Shown: positions 1 to 8,764 of the stretch, in pieces
Position numbering within the stretch: the stretch's first letter is position 1
How the letters are laid out: every line of letters starts with the position of its first letter
Assembly: GCF_017876815.1 (NCBI RefSeq)
Contig: NZ_JAGIOS010000004.1
Coordinates: 180,001 to 212,000, forward strand
From: Sinorhizobium meliloti
GTDB taxonomy: Bacteria; Pseudomonadota; Alphaproteobacteria; Rhizobiales; Rhizobiaceae
Length of the DNA stretch: 32,000 nucleotides
Direction of reading: 5' to 3'
Notes under the pieces: model-generated
Told to the model about the DNA's origin: nothing
What the model saw: only the letters and a program-made list of their open reading frames with translations
Database searches by the model: none
Position numbers and translations under genes: made by a program

Positions 1-396
1 CTTGGTGAGCGCATCTCCGCGAAACCGGTATGGGCTATCTGCTTCGTCGGGCGACCACTGATTGTCTGGCAGGAATGTCGTGACGCCTCCAGCCTCGGTG
101 AGAAGCTGCATGCCTCGTGAAAAGGAGGCAACCAAGGCCCCCTCGGTCGTAGCGAGCGGGACGAAATAGTCTCCTTTAGCGTACTTTCCATGCACCAGCA
201 GCGGCCCGGCAATTCCGACAGGGACGCCGACAAGGCCGAGATAGTTTTCGATCGTGCCCAGCAGTTGGTCCGGCTCTGTCGGAACGCTACCGAACAGATA
301 TGGGTAGTCGCGCCCATGCATTTTCGAGAGCCAATCCTGGCGATAAGCCACTTGCTGCGGCGAGAAATCATTCTGGGGGTCGCGCGGGATCTTCAC
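1..396 (-). CDS. HMG-CoA reductase family protein, N-terminal 132 codons only (gene continues past the left window edge)
   Basis: Not in the ORF track because it runs off the edge. My reverse-strand translation from GTG at 396-394 is VKIPRDPQNDFSPQQVAYRQDWLSKMHGRDYPYLFGSVPTEPDQLLGTIENYLGLVGVPVGIAGPLLVHGKYAKGDYFVPLATTEGALVASFSRGMQLLTEAGGVTTFLPDN..., open to position 1. The pattern EN..G...VPVG.AGPL....G......VP.ATTEG.LVAS..RG is the conserved N-domain signature of class I HMG-CoA reductases. GGGAGG at 407-402 sits 5 nt before the GTG and directly after the upstream stop (409-411). Confidence 0.6.
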   Translation of the reverse strand, partial: MKIPRDPQNDFSPQQVAYRQDWLSKMHGRDYPYLFGSVPTEPDQLLGTIENYLGLVGVPVGIAGPLLVHGKYAKGDYFVPLATTEGALVASFSRGMQLLTEAGGVTTFLPDNQWSPDEADSPYRFRGDALTK

Positions 397-408
397 GATC
401 ACCTCCCG

Positions 409-1869
409 TCAGAGCTGGATGTTGGAATGTTTACGGCGCGGCGTACCGTCGATCTTGCTGGCAAGAAGGCAGAAGCTGGCTGCCAGAGTCGGTCGGATAG
501 TGTCGGGGGGAAGCAGGGCCTCGACATAACCACGCCGGGCGGAATAGGCAGCGCTTGCATGAGCGTCGCGATATTCCGCTGCTAGCCTGGCCTTGTGCGC
601 AATGGGATCCTCCGCCTCCGCGATCTGCCTGCGGAAGATGACGGCAACGGCGGCCTCGGGACCCATCACGGCGATTTCGGCATCGGGAAGAGCATAGGTG
701 AGGTCAGTCGCCCAGCGATTGGCAAGCGTAGGATGGGCGCCTCCATATGCCTTGCGCAGGACCAGGGCGATCTTCGGGACGGTAGCCTCGCAGTAGGCGT
801 GGAGCAGCTTTGCTCCCGCTCCAATAATCCCCCCCGCCTCCTGTTTGAGGCCAGGCAGGTAACCGGGAACGTCAAGAAGCGTGAGAATTGGAATGGAGAA
901 GGCATCGCAGAAGCGTATGAACCGAGCAGCCTTCTCGGACGAGGCCACGTCAAGGCAGCCGGCAAGTACCTTGGGCTGATTTGCCACAATGCCGATAGTA
1001 AGCCCTCCCAGTCGGGCGAAACCGGTCAAGACATTGGGAGCAAACAGGCGATGCACTTCCAGGAAGTGTCGGTCATCGACGATTTCTCCGATGACGTCGA
1101 GGACATCGTACGGCTGCGTGGCAACTTGCGGAATGAGCTTTGCAATAGCGGAGGAACCGGAAACATCCGCTGGCTGTGAAGACGACTGTGAAACGCAGTT
1201 ATTCGCCGGAAGGAAACTCAAAAGCTCGCGGGCGATCTCAAGGGCATCGTCAACTGAATCTGCCAGGAAATGGGCGAGCCCCGTCGTGACTGCGTGAAGG
1301 ATGGGGCCGCCTATCTCTTCCTTGCTGACGATTTCCCCGGTCGCCTGCTTAATGACGGTTGGTCCTGTGAGAAACATGGTGGACTTGTCGCGTACCATGA
1401 TGATGAAGTCGGTGAGAGCCGGAGCGTAAGCGGCACCTCCGGCGCAATCGCCGAGCAGAATGGAAATCTGGGGAATGACGCCGGATGCCCGAACAGTTTT
1501 ATAGAAGACCTCTCCGAACTGGACGCCGGCATCGACGCCTTCGTGGATGCGAATACCCGAAGAGTCATTCAGGCCGAGGACAGGCATGCCGGCCTTGAGG
1601 GCCAGATCGAGTATCTTCGTTATTTTGAGTGCGTGCATCCGGCTGGAGCTTCCTCCCAGAAACGCAGCGTCATGGGCATAGATGCCGACTGGGCGGCCGT
1701 CGATCCGGGCATGGCCGACAACAAGTCCGTCACCCGAAACCCGGCGGCGGTCGGCGCCGAAATGAATGCAATCATGTTCGACCAGCGCGTCAATCTCGGC
1801 AAAGCTGCCGGGGTCAACAAGTTGATAGATGCGTTGCATTGAATTCGAGATGGGTGAGGCATCCGTCAT
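409..1869 (-). CDS. acyl-CoA carboxylase carboxyltransferase (beta) subunit, propionyl-/methylcrotonyl-CoA carboxylase beta-chain family
   Basis: 486-aa ORF with carboxyl-transferase family blocks in both halves: DGRPVGIYAHDAAFLGGSSS, LGDCAGGAAYAPALTDFIIMV, GIVANQPKVLAGCLDVASSEKAARFIRFCDAFSIPILTLLDVPGYLPG, and a C-terminal ...KHSNIQL. Its ATG overlaps the upstream stop (ATGA at 1866-1869). No biotin carboxylase or BCCP partner is visible in the window. Confidence 0.85.
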   Translation of the reverse strand: MTDASPISNSMQRIYQLVDPGSFAEIDALVEHDCIHFGADRRRVSGDGLVVGHARIDGRPVGIYAHDAAFLGGSSSRMHALKITKILDLALKAGMPVLGLNDSSGIRIHEGVDAGVQFGEVFYKTVRASGVIPQISILLGDCAGGAAYAPALTDFIIMVRDKSTMFLTGPTVIKQATGEIVSKEEIGGPILHAVTTGLAHFLADSVDDALEIARELLSFLPANNCVSQSSSQPADVSGSSAIAKLIPQVATQPYDVLDVIGEIVDDRHFLEVHRLFAPNVLTGFARLGGLTIGIVANQPKVLAGCLDVASSEKAARFIRFCDAFSIPILTLLDVPGYLPGLKQEAGGIIGAGAKLLHAYCEATVPKIALVLRKAYGGAHPTLANRWATDLTYALPDAEIAVMGPEAAVAVIFRRQIAEAEDPIAHKARLAAEYRDAHASAAYSARRGYVEALLPPDTIRPTLAASFCLLASKIDGTPRRKHSNIQL

Positions 1870-4800
1870 GGTCGTTGTCCAATCAGCTTTTTCTCTTTTT
1901 CGGGGGCATCACGTCCCCGACTGAATTCCGGCCTGGTGTCCGGGACTTCGTTTCTGAGGCTCGACTCGATTTGCTGAAGCAATTCGCGTCTCCGGGTCGA
2001 AACCTTGTTGAGGCTGCGTAGCTTCACATGACCAAAGCCGCGAATCTGTTCGGGTAATGCTGTGAGGGACCGACACAAAGGAAGGCGTTCTGCCGTCAGG
2101 ATTCGCGCGATCCAGTCGACATGTTGCTCATACTCGGCGAGCATTTGTCGCTCAGCGCGACGTTCCGCTTGCCGCCCAAGCAGGTCGAAAACAGTTCCAC
2201 GCAGAAATTTTCCGCGGGCCAGTAAGCGCAGAACCGGGATTATCCAAGGGCCGAAAGCTATCTTGCCCCGCTCCCCGGTCCGCCTGTCCTTTGGAGCGAT
2301 GAGCGGGGGACTGAAATGGAAACGGAATTTGGTCTTGCCGTCGAACCGATCCGAGATCGAGGCGAGAAAATCGGTCTCGACGTGGAGCCGAGCCACTTCA
2401 TACTCATCCTTGTAGGCCATGAGCTTGAAGAGATTCTTCGCCACGACCTCGGTGAGGCTGGTATCCCCGAGTGCTTGCGCGGCATTTCTGATCTTCTCAA
2501 CACGCTCGACATAACGTTGAGCATAAGAAGCGTCCTGATAGACGATCAGAAAGTCTCGCCGGGAGGAAATGAGAGAGGCCAGATCCTTAGCCCGCGAGCC
2601 GGTGCTTTGACCGAGGAGATCATGGATCTGTGCGGGAATGGCGGCCGCGAGCCGCCCCCATTGGAAGGCGACCCTGGCGATACTCGCATATCTCCCCAAA
2701 CCATCGAGAGCCTGCTGTATCGAGAGCAGGGTCAATGGAAGGGCCCCAAGTTGCCAGGAAAAGCCCAGGAGAAGGATGTTGGCCTGCTCACGATCGCCGA
2801 CCAGGGCTTCTGCCAACTGTCCGGCATCAATCATGTCGATGCGTTGACTTCTCGATGTCAGCAGGTCGATCAGTCGGTTTGACCCAATCCGGATATCCGG
2901 ATTGCGAAGCATGGGGCCAGTTTGGCTCTCGTGCAGATTTGCAATGCAGCGCGTGCGCTCAGGCGAGAATACGGTAAGCACTTTCTCGCTGACACCCGCC
3001 ACAATGTCCGCCACCAGAACGAGATCAGCTTCACCCTGGGCTATGCGGGCCTGATGCAAAGCTGTCTCGTCGCTGCAGAATCGGACATGGGAGAGGACTT
3101 CTCCGCCTTTCTGCGCAAAACCCGTGAAATTGAGGGTACGTACTCCGTTCCCGTCCAGTCGTGCCGCCTGTGCGATCAGCCCGGCGGCGGTGACGACACC
3201 AGTTCCTCCGATCCCGACGAGCAGAATATCGGAAGGGCTAGAATGGTTTTTTGTTGGGACGGGTGGCGCAAGCGCCGTGACGGCGGCATCGAAGTCGAAA
3301 TCACGCGTTGCGGGAACCGGTCGCTTTGCGGGCGTCGCCCCCTCAAGGGTGACAAAGCTTGGGCAAAAGCCTTTAAGGCAAGAGAGATCCGTGTTGCAAG
3401 CCGACTGATCTATGGCCCTTTTTCGGCCCAGTGACGTCTCGATTGGTACCACTGCAAGACAATTTGATTGGGTCTGGCAATCTCCGCATCCCTCACAAAC
3501 CAGGTCGTTGATGACGGCGCGCGCGGTCGGCTGAAGGCTCTTGTCGCGTTTACGGCGTCGGCGCAGTTCGGTAGCGCAAACCTGATCATAGATGAGAACG
3601 GTGACGCCTTCGATGTCGCGTAATTCTCGTTGGACAGCATCGAGGTCATCACGAGGATATGCAGTGACCCCCGCGGGCAATTCGCCACGCGCAGCATAGC
3701 GGCTTATGTCTTCCGCGACGATCGCTACCTTCTTGACGCCTTCCGCCAAAGCGAGTTTCACGATCTGGGGCACGGTCACCTGACCATCGATCGGCTGGCC
3801 CCCAGTCATCGCAACGGCATCGTTGAAAAGTAGCTTGTAGGTGATGTTGACGCCGGCTGCGACAGACTGGCGAATGGCGAGATGACCGGAATGGAAGTAG
3901 GTGCCATCGCCGAGGTTCTGGAAGATATGCGGCGTGACGGTGAAAGGAGCAGTGCCCATCCAATCGACACCTTCGCCACCCATCTGGACGGAACCCGCGG
4001 TTTGCCGGTCCATCCATACGGCCATGAAATGGCAGCCAATTCCGGGCCGAGCCCTGCTTCCTGATGGGACATGCGTCGAGCTACTGTGCGGGCAGCCTGG
4101 GCAGAAATAGGGTGTCCGCTTGGGGAGATCAACGATCGAGGTACTTGGCAGCTCTGACCAATGAAGCGGAACCGGCATGTCGATGCCGAAGCTTTCGAGC
4201 CATCTGGCCATAGGACCTGCAAGAAGCTCTGGGCGCAGCTCGATGTCGTCAGGAAGGATCGGCGCCCCCTGACTATCACGCTTGCCGATGATTGTCGGCC
4301 GCCTGCCGGCAGGTATGTTAAAGAACTCGTGCTTCAGCTGAGCCTCAACGACAGCAGCCTTTTCCTCGATGATGAAAACCCTTTCTGCCAGTGCGGCAAG
4401 AGAGAGGGTCGTGGACGAGAGAGGAAAGACCAGGCGAAGCTGAAGAATGGCTATTCCCCGCTGCGCCAGGGCCAAGGGGGATAGTCCCGCGACACGCAGC
4501 GCCTCCAGCATATCCAGGCCGGCCTTTCCGACGATGATGATGAGGCCTCGCGGTTTGGATATCGGAACAAGAAGATTGTCGATCGGGTTGGTTTGGGCGA
4601 AAGCCTTGATGGCGTTGAGCTTGTATTTCAGACGCCATTCTACCTGTGGACCGGGTAGGTCCAGCCAGCGCCAGTGCAAGCCGTCAGGGCCGGAATCGAT
4701 GGCCGGCAGGATGAATTCCGGGTAATCGACAGGATGAACGGTGGATGCGCTTTCGACCGTTTCGCTGATGGCCTTGAACCCGATCCACGCGCCACTCGTG

Positions 4801-5357
4801 CGCGACGCTGCCCAACCCCATAAGCCTGTATGGAAATAGTCGGACACGGAAACCGGATGCAGGACCGGCATACTCCAGGCCTGCATGGCCAAATCGGATT
4901 GATGCGACATTGAGGATGACACGCACCCATGATCGTCGCCCGCCACGACAAGGACACCACCATGGGGTGAAGTTCCGTATGCATTGCCGTGCTTGAGAGC
5001 GTCGCCGGACCGATCAACACCTGGCCCTTTGCCATACCAGAGACCGAATACTCCCTCTACCGTGGCGCCGGGTTCCGATTCGACCTTCTGCGTTCCAATG
5101 AGGGCGGTCGCCGCGAGATCTTCGTTAATCGCTGGCTGGAAGTGGATGTTGCGGGATTTGAGTTCAGAGCCGCGCCGCCATAATGCCTGATCCAGCCCAC
5201 CAAGCGGCGACCCTCGATATCCGGAAACAAAGCCGCCTGTTCGTAGTCCACGCATCTTGTCAAATTCCGCCTGATGGAGCAGCAGTTCGACAAGGGCGTC
5301 CGTCCCTGAGAGCAGGCGTGAATTGCTGACCATGCGCGGATTCTCAAAATGTGCCAA
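1866..5357 (-). CDS. indolepyruvate/2-oxoacid:ferredoxin oxidoreductase family protein (fused alpha-beta, ~1160 aa)
   Basis: 1163-aa ORF with N-terminal GFVSGYRGSPLGGLDQ, TPP-type GDGTYFHSG, and the Cys cluster CEGCGDCQTQSNC. Size and layout match fused Ior-family enzymes. The track start is TTG at 5357; ATG at 5333 (MVSNSRLL...) is an equally plausible start. Confidence 0.85.
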   Translation of the reverse strand: MAHFENPRMVSNSRLLSGTDALVELLLHQAEFDKMRGLRTGGFVSGYRGSPLGGLDQALWRRGSELKSRNIHFQPAINEDLAATALIGTQKVESEPGATVEGVFGLWYGKGPGVDRSGDALKHGNAYGTSPHGGVLVVAGDDHGCVSSSMSHQSDLAMQAWSMPVLHPVSVSDYFHTGLWGWAASRTSGAWIGFKAISETVESASTVHPVDYPEFILPAIDSGPDGLHWRWLDLPGPQVEWRLKYKLNAIKAFAQTNPIDNLLVPISKPRGLIIIVGKAGLDMLEALRVAGLSPLALAQRGIAILQLRLVFPLSSTTLSLAALAERVFIIEEKAAVVEAQLKHEFFNIPAGRRPTIIGKRDSQGAPILPDDIELRPELLAGPMARWLESFGIDMPVPLHWSELPSTSIVDLPKRTPYFCPGCPHSSSTHVPSGSRARPGIGCHFMAVWMDRQTAGSVQMGGEGVDWMGTAPFTVTPHIFQNLGDGTYFHSGHLAIRQSVAAGVNITYKLLFNDAVAMTGGQPIDGQVTVPQIVKLALAEGVKKVAIVAEDISRYAARGELPAGVTAYPRDDLDAVQRELRDIEGVTVLIYDQVCATELRRRRKRDKSLQPTARAVINDLVCEGCGDCQTQSNCLAVVPIETSLGRKRAIDQSACNTDLSCLKGFCPSFVTLEGATPAKRPVPATRDFDFDAAVTALAPPVPTKNHSSPSDILLVGIGGTGVVTAAGLIAQAARLDGNGVRTLNFTGFAQKGGEVLSHVRFCSDETALHQARIAQGEADLVLVADIVAGVSEKVLTVFSPERTRCIANLHESQTGPMLRNPDIRIGSNRLIDLLTSRSQRIDMIDAGQLAEALVGDREQANILLLGFSWQLGALPLTLLSIQQALDGLGRYASIARVAFQWGRLAAAIPAQIHDLLGQSTGSRAKDLASLISSRRDFLIVYQDASYAQRYVERVEKIRNAAQALGDTSLTEVVAKNLFKLMAYKDEYEVARLHVETDFLASISDRFDGKTKFRFHFSPPLIAPKDRRTGERGKIAFGPWIIPVLRLLARGKFLRGTVFDLLGRQAERRAERQMLAEYEQHVDWIARILTAERLPLCRSLTALPEQIRGFGHVKLRSLNKVSTRRRELLQQIESSLRNEVPDTRPEFSRGRDAPEKEKKLIGQRP

Positions 5358-5404
5358 AATTGCCTCATGACGGGTTTATGCATGAATGTGGCCATCACGA
5401 AGCG

Positions 5405-6166
5405 TTAATCAGGCCAATCAACAGCCAACAAGCTGCCGCGCCAACAAACTTGCCGGCTCCATCGGAAGGCCTTTCGTGCCACATTGAATTTTCTCTTAGT
5501 GAAGGCGCAGCGAGACAATTTCCTCAGCGATCCGCTCCGCGGTCCGGCGTGGGCTCGTCTTCGGCCGGGATGAACGATCCCCCATGTCGGGTAGGCGTGC
5601 AGTTCTTCCCAGGCCAGGCGCGATGCGCTACGCGGGCCGCTTTCATGCTGGTGCGTCATCACCTCGTCGGACAGCCCGGCGAAAAAGACGTGATCCTCGT
5701 AGAGCACGCCCATCAGCGCGCTGATGACCATGGCGGGAAGCGGAAAGGAGAGGTGTTGGCGCAGGTCGGCGGGCTGCGGCTGGGCCGCCAGCTTCTCAAA
5801 CAACTGCGCGGTGAGAGCCTCTACCTGCTGCGCGAGCAGCTTCACCCTGCGGCTGCTGAAGGCCGGCGCCACGATCGTGCGCAGCCGGGCATGCTCGCTC
5901 CCCTCGTGCGAGACCAGCCACCCCGGCGAACCGAGAATCACCGAATCCGGGGTGAATTCCGCCGGCGGTATTCCCGCGGGCCGGAACGCCGAGTCGGACA
6001 GTACCGCCTTGGCCTCGTCGTAGCCTGTCACCCACCAGCCTTCATGCCCGGACGGGAAGCGCACGCGGTGGATCGGACCGTTGGCGCGTAGCGCCAACAT
6101 CTCGGGCGAGGGCTCGATGTGATCGACGCGCCACATCGGCAGCGTTGGCAAAGGTTGTTCGGACAT
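5405..6166 (-). pseudogene. cytochrome P450 remnant (N-terminal ~190 residues recognisable, 3' half missing)
   Basis: The N-terminus reads like a bacterial P450: PLPTLPMWRVD, GPIHRVRFPSGHEGWWVTGYDEAKAVLSDSAF, SHEGSEHARLRTIVAPAFSSRRV, FPLPAMVISALMGVLYEDHVFF. After about WEELHAY the translation becomes low-complexity Arg/Gly/Ser text. Only ~760 bp exist before the next gene, whereas a P450 needs ~1.2 kb. The I-helix AGxxT, ExxR and the Cys heme loop FxxGxxxCxG are all absent. Confidence 0.7.
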
Positions 6167-6224
6167 GGTGGCACTTCACTCTCTAAGCGATGGAAGGGCG
6201 GGCCGGCATGGCGCTGGGCAGCGA

Positions 6225-6440
6225 ATAACGTAAGACGAAGCTCTACTAGGAGTATTTGTTTAAGGCAAGAGTAACGGATATATATTTAATAATATATTTT
6301 GTTATTTTATGGTGCGATAATACCGTTTCTTCGTTTCGCCAACATCTGGAAATGTACAACACATATATCTGAGAATATTCTCTGATTTTTATTATTCCAA
6401 CTGATGGATTTGACGTGATACACGCCGAGAATCGCGGCGG
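6225..6440. promoter_or_regulatory. AT-rich intergenic island upstream of the P450 remnant; probable promoter/regulator-binding region
   Basis: My hand count over 6241-6420 gives 55 G+C in 180 nt (~31%), against ~57-60% in flanking genes. It contains runs such as atatatttaataatatattttgttatttta. No convincing -35/-10 pair could be assigned by eye. Confidence 0.3.
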
Positions 6441-6563
6441 TTGATTGACAAGAGAGAGATTGGGACACGATGGAGACCATGCTGGCGCGGGGACATCCTC
6501 GACAACATGACCGAGCTCGTGAATGGCCTTTTTGCTCAGGACCTTCCGACAGTCCTCAGAGCG

Positions 6564-6581
6564 TTAGCACTACAGTTGCAT
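6564..6581. repeat. IS terminal inverted repeat (left in window coordinates)
   Basis: ttagcactacagttgcat is the exact reverse complement of 7968-7985. Confidence 0.9.
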
Positions 6582-6721
6582 TTTAGTTTTGAGGTGAGCT
6601 CGTCGAGCGGCCGCCTGATGGGCGCGCCTCCAGCATGACCATGCGATGACGTAGGCGGGGCTTATGCGACGCTGAGCGAGTCTTATGGCGATGCGTCGGA
6701 CTTCCTGGATAGACCAGCGGA

Positions 6722-7936
6722 TTAAATCCTGATGGTCGGCATCCGCAGTCTTTTTTGGGGCGTCGCGTCATTGGCGCGGTATCGGATCACCGCCATCATG
6801 GCGAAGGCGAGCATGACGAGGGAGACGTGGCGATGCCAGCCATGCCATGACCGGGTTTCGTTGTGATCGAGTCCGAGCTCGTTCTTGGCGGTCTCGAAGC
6901 TGTCTTCGATCGCCCAGCGATGGCCTTCAACGGAAACGAGCGTCTGGATGCCCGTCCCGGCCGGGCACCATGTGGTGAAGAATGCGAGATCACCGTCGCT
7001 GATATTGCGCCGGATCAGGAGGCCACGGGTCCAAAGCCCAGATTTCGTCTCGTTGTATTCGTCGGCATCGAGGTCGGCGAGTTCGCAATAGGCCCAGTCA
7101 TGAAGCCGAGCGCCTTTGGTGCCCTCACCGGCGGAAAGACGCTGCCATGCACTTGGATCGAGATCACGGGCGATCTCCTGCGCTGTGCCGGCGACCGGAG
7201 GCTTTCCCGACCACGAGCCGAAATGGTGGTCCGATTTAACCCCAAGAACGTAGCCTTTGCAGGCTCGGCGCAGGGTTCCTTCGATGTCCCCGACGCCATA
7301 GACCGCATCTGCGGCCACCCATGAAAACGGCACATTGGCTGCCAGCGCACGCCGTATCATCTCGACAGCCAGGCCTGGCTTGGTAGCGAAGGCTGTAGCC
7401 TGAGGAACATGAGCTGCTGCAAGCCTTGCCGGATCGCCAGTCCAGCTCTTGGGCAAGTACAGGGCTCGATCGATAAAGGCATGGCCGCGATCGGACACAT
7501 AGGCGGCGAACACACCGATCTGGCAGTTCGTTATCTTGCCAGCCGAACCTGTATATTGACGTGCAACACCGCACGATGTCTTGCCCTGCTTGAGGAAGCC
7601 CGTCTCATCGATGACCAGGACCGCATCATCCGTGGCGAGGTTTTCTACGACATACTCTCGCACGATGTCGCGAAGTGCGTCCGCGTCCCAGCGCCCGCGC
7701 CCCAGAATGGCTTGTTGCCGCCACGGGCCGGGATCACCGGCCGCCTCAGCACGCATCCAACCTGTCTTACGCCGCTCGTCACCCAGCAAGCCGTCCAGGA
7801 AAAGGTTCGCAGAGGCTGCAACTCGCTCCTGCGTAAACAGTCCGCGCATGCGAGCCTTCACGTCGCGCAACGATGATGCCCAAAGCTCAAGCGTCGTCTC
7901 GATTGATGCACCTGCCATCCATGACCTCCGAATCAT
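6722..7936 (-). CDS. IS701-family DDE transposase
   Basis: 404 aa. The block VLVIDETGFLKQGKTSCGVARQYTGSAGKITNCQIGVFAAYVS followed by FATKPGLAVEMIRRALAANVPFSWVAADAVYG is the pattern I associate with IS701/IS4-like transposases. The ORF lies between the two inverted repeats. Confidence 0.85.
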   Translation of the reverse strand: MIRRSWMAGASIETTLELWASSLRDVKARMRGLFTQERVAASANLFLDGLLGDERRKTGWMRAEAAGDPGPWRQQAILGRGRWDADALRDIVREYVVENLATDDAVLVIDETGFLKQGKTSCGVARQYTGSAGKITNCQIGVFAAYVSDRGHAFIDRALYLPKSWTGDPARLAAAHVPQATAFATKPGLAVEMIRRALAANVPFSWVAADAVYGVGDIEGTLRRACKGYVLGVKSDHHFGSWSGKPPVAGTAQEIARDLDPSAWQRLSAGEGTKGARLHDWAYCELADLDADEYNETKSGLWTRGLLIRRNISDGDLAFFTTWCPAGTGIQTLVSVEGHRWAIEDSFETAKNELGLDHNETRSWHGWHRHVSLVMLAFAMMAVIRYRANDATPQKRLRMPTIRI

Positions 7937-7967
7937 GGAGACCCATAGATTCAGATCATAGATAAAT

Positions 7968-7985
7968 ATGCAACTGTAGTGCTAA
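7968..7985. repeat. IS terminal inverted repeat (right in window coordinates)
   Basis: atgcaactgtagtgctaa is the exact reverse complement of 6564-6581. Confidence 0.9.
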
Positions 7986-8020
7986 TTAAATGCCAAGCGA
8001 CAACAGCCTTCTGGCCGCAC

Positions 8021-8764
8021 TCACGGCAGGTCTTCGATAAAGGTCGCGGAGAATTTTACGTCGTCGCGCTGCGTTCGCACAGCCGCCGCGGCAGAATATG
8101 CACCCGCAAACGGCCTGCTCCAGAAGTGCCATGTGCTGCCGTCATCTCGTTCGTCACCGACGACGCGACATCGGCGATTACCGTCGAAACCGGAAAACGA
8201 GATATTGCGGATGGGATAGGATATGCCCAGCCCTCGCCCCTTGAGATAAGCTTCCTTCAGTGTCCAGATCTCACAAAAGCGATGCGGCCGATCCGCTTCC
8301 GCCAGCCCCAGCAGCGCCGAACGCTCCTCTGGAGCAAGCACAGTCGGGACCAGATGCCGGTAGTCGACCCTGCTGATCTGCTCGACATCCAGGCCGCAAT
8401 CGGCTTTTTGCGTGAGGATACAGCCCACCAATCCATCGGTATGAGAGAGGTTGAAGCGGATCGGAGCAGAGGACGGCGAGACGAGTTCGGGCCGTCCCCC
8501 GGGTGCAGAAGCAAAAGCCAGTTCACGCGGATCAGCGACCATATAGCGGGCAAGCAACAGCCTGAGCAGGCCATGGCTGAATACGTACATGTCGCGGTCG
8601 CGGTCGAAGACAAAGCGTCGGGCGCGCTGGCGCTCCTCCTCGTTCAGAACGTCGCGGGCCGCATTCCACAGCCTGACGCTTGCTTCCCTCGGCTGGCTCA
8701 GAAAAATATCGACCCGAAGTTCACTGCTCACCTTCCATGGATCCAGGTCGCCCGCCATGCTCAT
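8021..8764 (-). CDS. Sfp-type 4'-phosphopantetheinyl transferase
   Basis: 247 aa carrying the PPTase motifs RFNLSHTDGLVGC, CGLDVEQI and FCEIWTLKEAYLKGRGLG. Its ATG overlaps the upstream stop (ATGA at 8761-8764). Confidence 0.85.
   Translation of the reverse strand: MSMAGDLDPWKVSSELRVDIFLSQPREASVRLWNAARDVLNEEERQRARRFVFDRDRDMYVFSHGLLRLLLARYMVADPRELAFASAPGGRPELVSPSSAPIRFNLSHTDGLVGCILTQKADCGLDVEQISRVDYRHLVPTVLAPEERSALLGLAEADRPHRFCEIWTLKEAYLKGRGLGISYPIRNISFSGFDGNRRCRVVGDERDDGSTWHFWSRPFAGAYSAAAAVRTQRDDVKFSATFIEDLP

Larger units (their letters stand above)
6564..7985 (-). mobile_element. IS701-family insertion sequence, 1422 bp, apparently intact
   Basis: Perfect 18-bp terminal inverted repeats (ttagcactacagttgcat at 6564-6581, atgcaactgtagtgctaa at 7968-7985) bracket a single 404-aa DDE transposase ORF. 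The flanks (..tcagagcg | ttaaatgc..) show no direct repeat. Confidence 0.85.

Noticed and set aside
190-1297. Plus-strand ORFs 190..585, 300..500, 595..1179 and 989..1297.
   Set aside because: They are antisense to the HMG-CoA reductase-like and carboxyltransferase frames, which have strong family motifs. These ORFs have none.
5351-6091. Plus-strand 246-aa ORF overlapping the P450 remnant.
   Set aside because: It is antisense to a frame with clear P450 N-terminal motifs, and its translation is low-complexity (Arg/Gly/Ala/Pro).
6247-6563. Minus-strand open frame abutting the IS end that contains a zinc-protease-like HELGH (…KKAIHELGHVVED…), suggesting a gene disrupted by the IS.
   Set aside because: Only 35 bp separate the other IS end from the PPTase stop, so there is no room for the missing N-terminal part. 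The rest of the frame runs through the 31% GC tract and translates to Ile/Lys/Tyr-rich text. A single HExxH is expected by chance.
6441-6638. Plus-strand 65-aa ORF spanning the left IS inverted repeat.
   Set aside because: It crosses the IS boundary, so it cannot be an ancestral gene. It has no recognisable motifs.
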